A stretch of 64,000 nt of DNA from Paramoeba atlantica (lineage: Eukaryota; Protista; Discosea): positions 1 through 64,000 of the forward strand of contig CDRNVI010000026.1 in NCBI GenBank assembly GCA_977017575.1. The letters run 5' to 3'. Each line of letters begins with the position of its first letter. Position 1 is the stretch's first letter. The notes below the pieces were generated by a model. It ran no database searches, was not told the DNA's origin, and saw nothing but the letters and a program-made list of their open reading frames with translations. The position numbers and the translations under genes are program-made. This document shows, in pieces, positions 62,639 through 64,000 of the stretch.

Positions 62639-64000
62639 ATGCCCACCGAATCATCTCTACCCTCCGAACCCTCGCTCTCTGACATCCTCCATCCCTACTC
62701 CCACCTCGGGGACCCCACCACCTGTTACCTCTGCGAGAGAAAACTTCTACTCTCCGAAGACCCAACGAATCAAACCATTCATCCAACCCCAGCAGACGAC
62801 TCGCCTCAGCAATGTAACCGCTGCGGGGGCACCGTGTGTTCCTCTCCGAGTTGTTTCCTGAATAGCGCTTCGAATTGTGCAGCCTGTGAGGGGCTGTGGC
62901 GTGTGGGGTCTCAGACGGCCGTGTCACACAGCCCGACACACATGGACCCCAACCTCGGGGAGACGTTGCAAAAGATTTCGAGTACGAAAAAAAGGACGAA
63001 AGGAGGTGTAGGAAAACACCAGCCTCGAACTCAAAACGAGTTCTCTTCTCAAAAAGAAGGACAAAGAAAAAGGGCGCATGGTGTGAGTAGAGCTATGGAT
63101 CACGACTCGTTTCGCCCGTTTTATGGTATGGACGCGCTGCGAGGATCCACTCTCGACGACGAGAGCGACCAGGAAGAAGATTTTGTATTGTGCGGGAAGT
63201 CCCGGTGGAGCAGCGGTCGACGTGATAGATTTGATGAAACCAATCCGTATTTTGAAATGTTGCGAAATACTGCATATGGGGACCGTTTACCGGAGTTATG
63301 TCCTTTCGTGACTCCAGACCCGCATAGTGTTCACAGCACGTTCTGTCCCTCAAGGAGTCTTTTGCTGCGTATTGGAGCATATGCTGCTGGTCTGTCCAAC
63401 ACAAACATGATGCCTGTACCTTCGTCCGGTGAACATGAAACCTTTGAGGGTGCGAAAGCTAAAGACCCCAACAATGAAGAGGATGTTCTCACTGGATTTT
63501 GCAAAACTGTCCAAACCCAAGGTGTTGCGATGACTGAGGAGCGACCATCACCTCATCAAGATGGGAGGATTCTCTTGGCCAGTGATAGTGTAGGAGTAGG
63601 ATCCAGTGCCAAGTTATTTACACTAATTGCCCGAGAATCCGTTTCTTCCTTCATACTAGCGGCGCATCCTTCTCGAAGACATTTTTATATTTGTCCTGAT
63701 CCGTACCTTCCTTGTGATATAGCACTTGACATTGATAAGGCTGTGCACATTCCCCGCACACTTGAGAAAATAAAAAAGAACGGAGTTTTACTGCTGGATC
63801 GTATTATTAGAGCGATTGAAACACATTTGGATGAACAATGGAACGCACGGGTAAGCTCCATAGTAATTTTAACAGGTTGTCGTTCTGAAAAAATTAGTTT
63901 CCATCTTCACATTCGCTTGCAAGATCAAAAAGCGTTTCGTAATCTCGAGGCTGCGCAACACTTTATCTCTCATCTAAAGCTTCATCCGAGATCTATCGCC
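62639..64000 (+). CDS. PrimPol-like primase-polymerase (AEP superfamily), 3' end beyond the window
   Basis: Frame translated by hand, open from ATG 62639 to the window end; PCDIALDID (motif I) and KISFHLHI (motif II); Cys-rich N-terminus; absent from the ORF track because it has no stop. Confidence 0.75.
   Translation, partial: MPTESSLPSEPSLSDILHPYSHLGDPTTCYLCERKLLLSEDPTNQTIHPTPADDSPQQCNRCGGTVCSSPSCFLNSASNCAACEGLWRVGSQTAVSHSPTHMDPNLGETLQKISSTKKRTKGGVGKHQPRTQNEFSSQKEGQRKRAHGVSRAMDHDSFRPFYGMDALRGSTLDDESDQEEDFVLCGKSRWSSGRRDRFDETNPYFEMLRNTAYGDRLPELCPFVTPDPHSVHSTFCPSRSLLLRIGAYAAGLSNTNMMPVPSSGEHETFEGAKAKDPNNEEDVLTGFCKTVQTQGVAMTEERPSPHQDGRILLASDSVGVGSSAKLFTLIARESVSSFILAAHPSRRHFYICPDPYLPCDIALDIDKAVHIPRTLEKIKKNGVLLLDRIIRAIETHLDEQWNARVSSIVILTGCRSEKISFHLHIRLQDQKAFRNLEAAQHFISHLKLHPRSIA

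Overview
Gene-dense, intronless eukaryotic DNA in which every recognisable host gene lies on the + strand, as in one directional (polycistronic) cluster. A spliced-leader (SL) exon motif, a PIWI-tryp-like gene, an apparently inactive TimRhom-like rhomboid and a PGI ending in SHL point to a kinetoplastid. The compact layout, LRR family and DNA transposons suggest a Perkinsela-like (non-trypanosomatid) lineage; this is inference. Housekeeping genes include DPH3, RPB10, eIF3e, NAA10, TTC27, UAP, condensin CAP-G, PGI, a crotonase, PFDN2 and a PrimPol-like ORF. They are interspersed with nested mobile DNA: a broken CRE/SLACS-clade retrotransposon, a PIF/Harbinger-ISL2EU-like element, a Merlin remnant, several TA-flanked MITEs and a hairpin-bounded, Helentron-like repeat family. 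The main discovery is a ~580-bp highly structured unit that starts partway through an SL exon. It occurs twice with the same ends, inserted without target duplication into an LRR gene and into ORF2 of the retrotransposon, and that retrotransposon itself carries an SL remnant at its 5' end. A second unexplained signal is recurrent sharp intragenic C-rich to G-rich skew inversions. All calls were made by eye, with no database searches.
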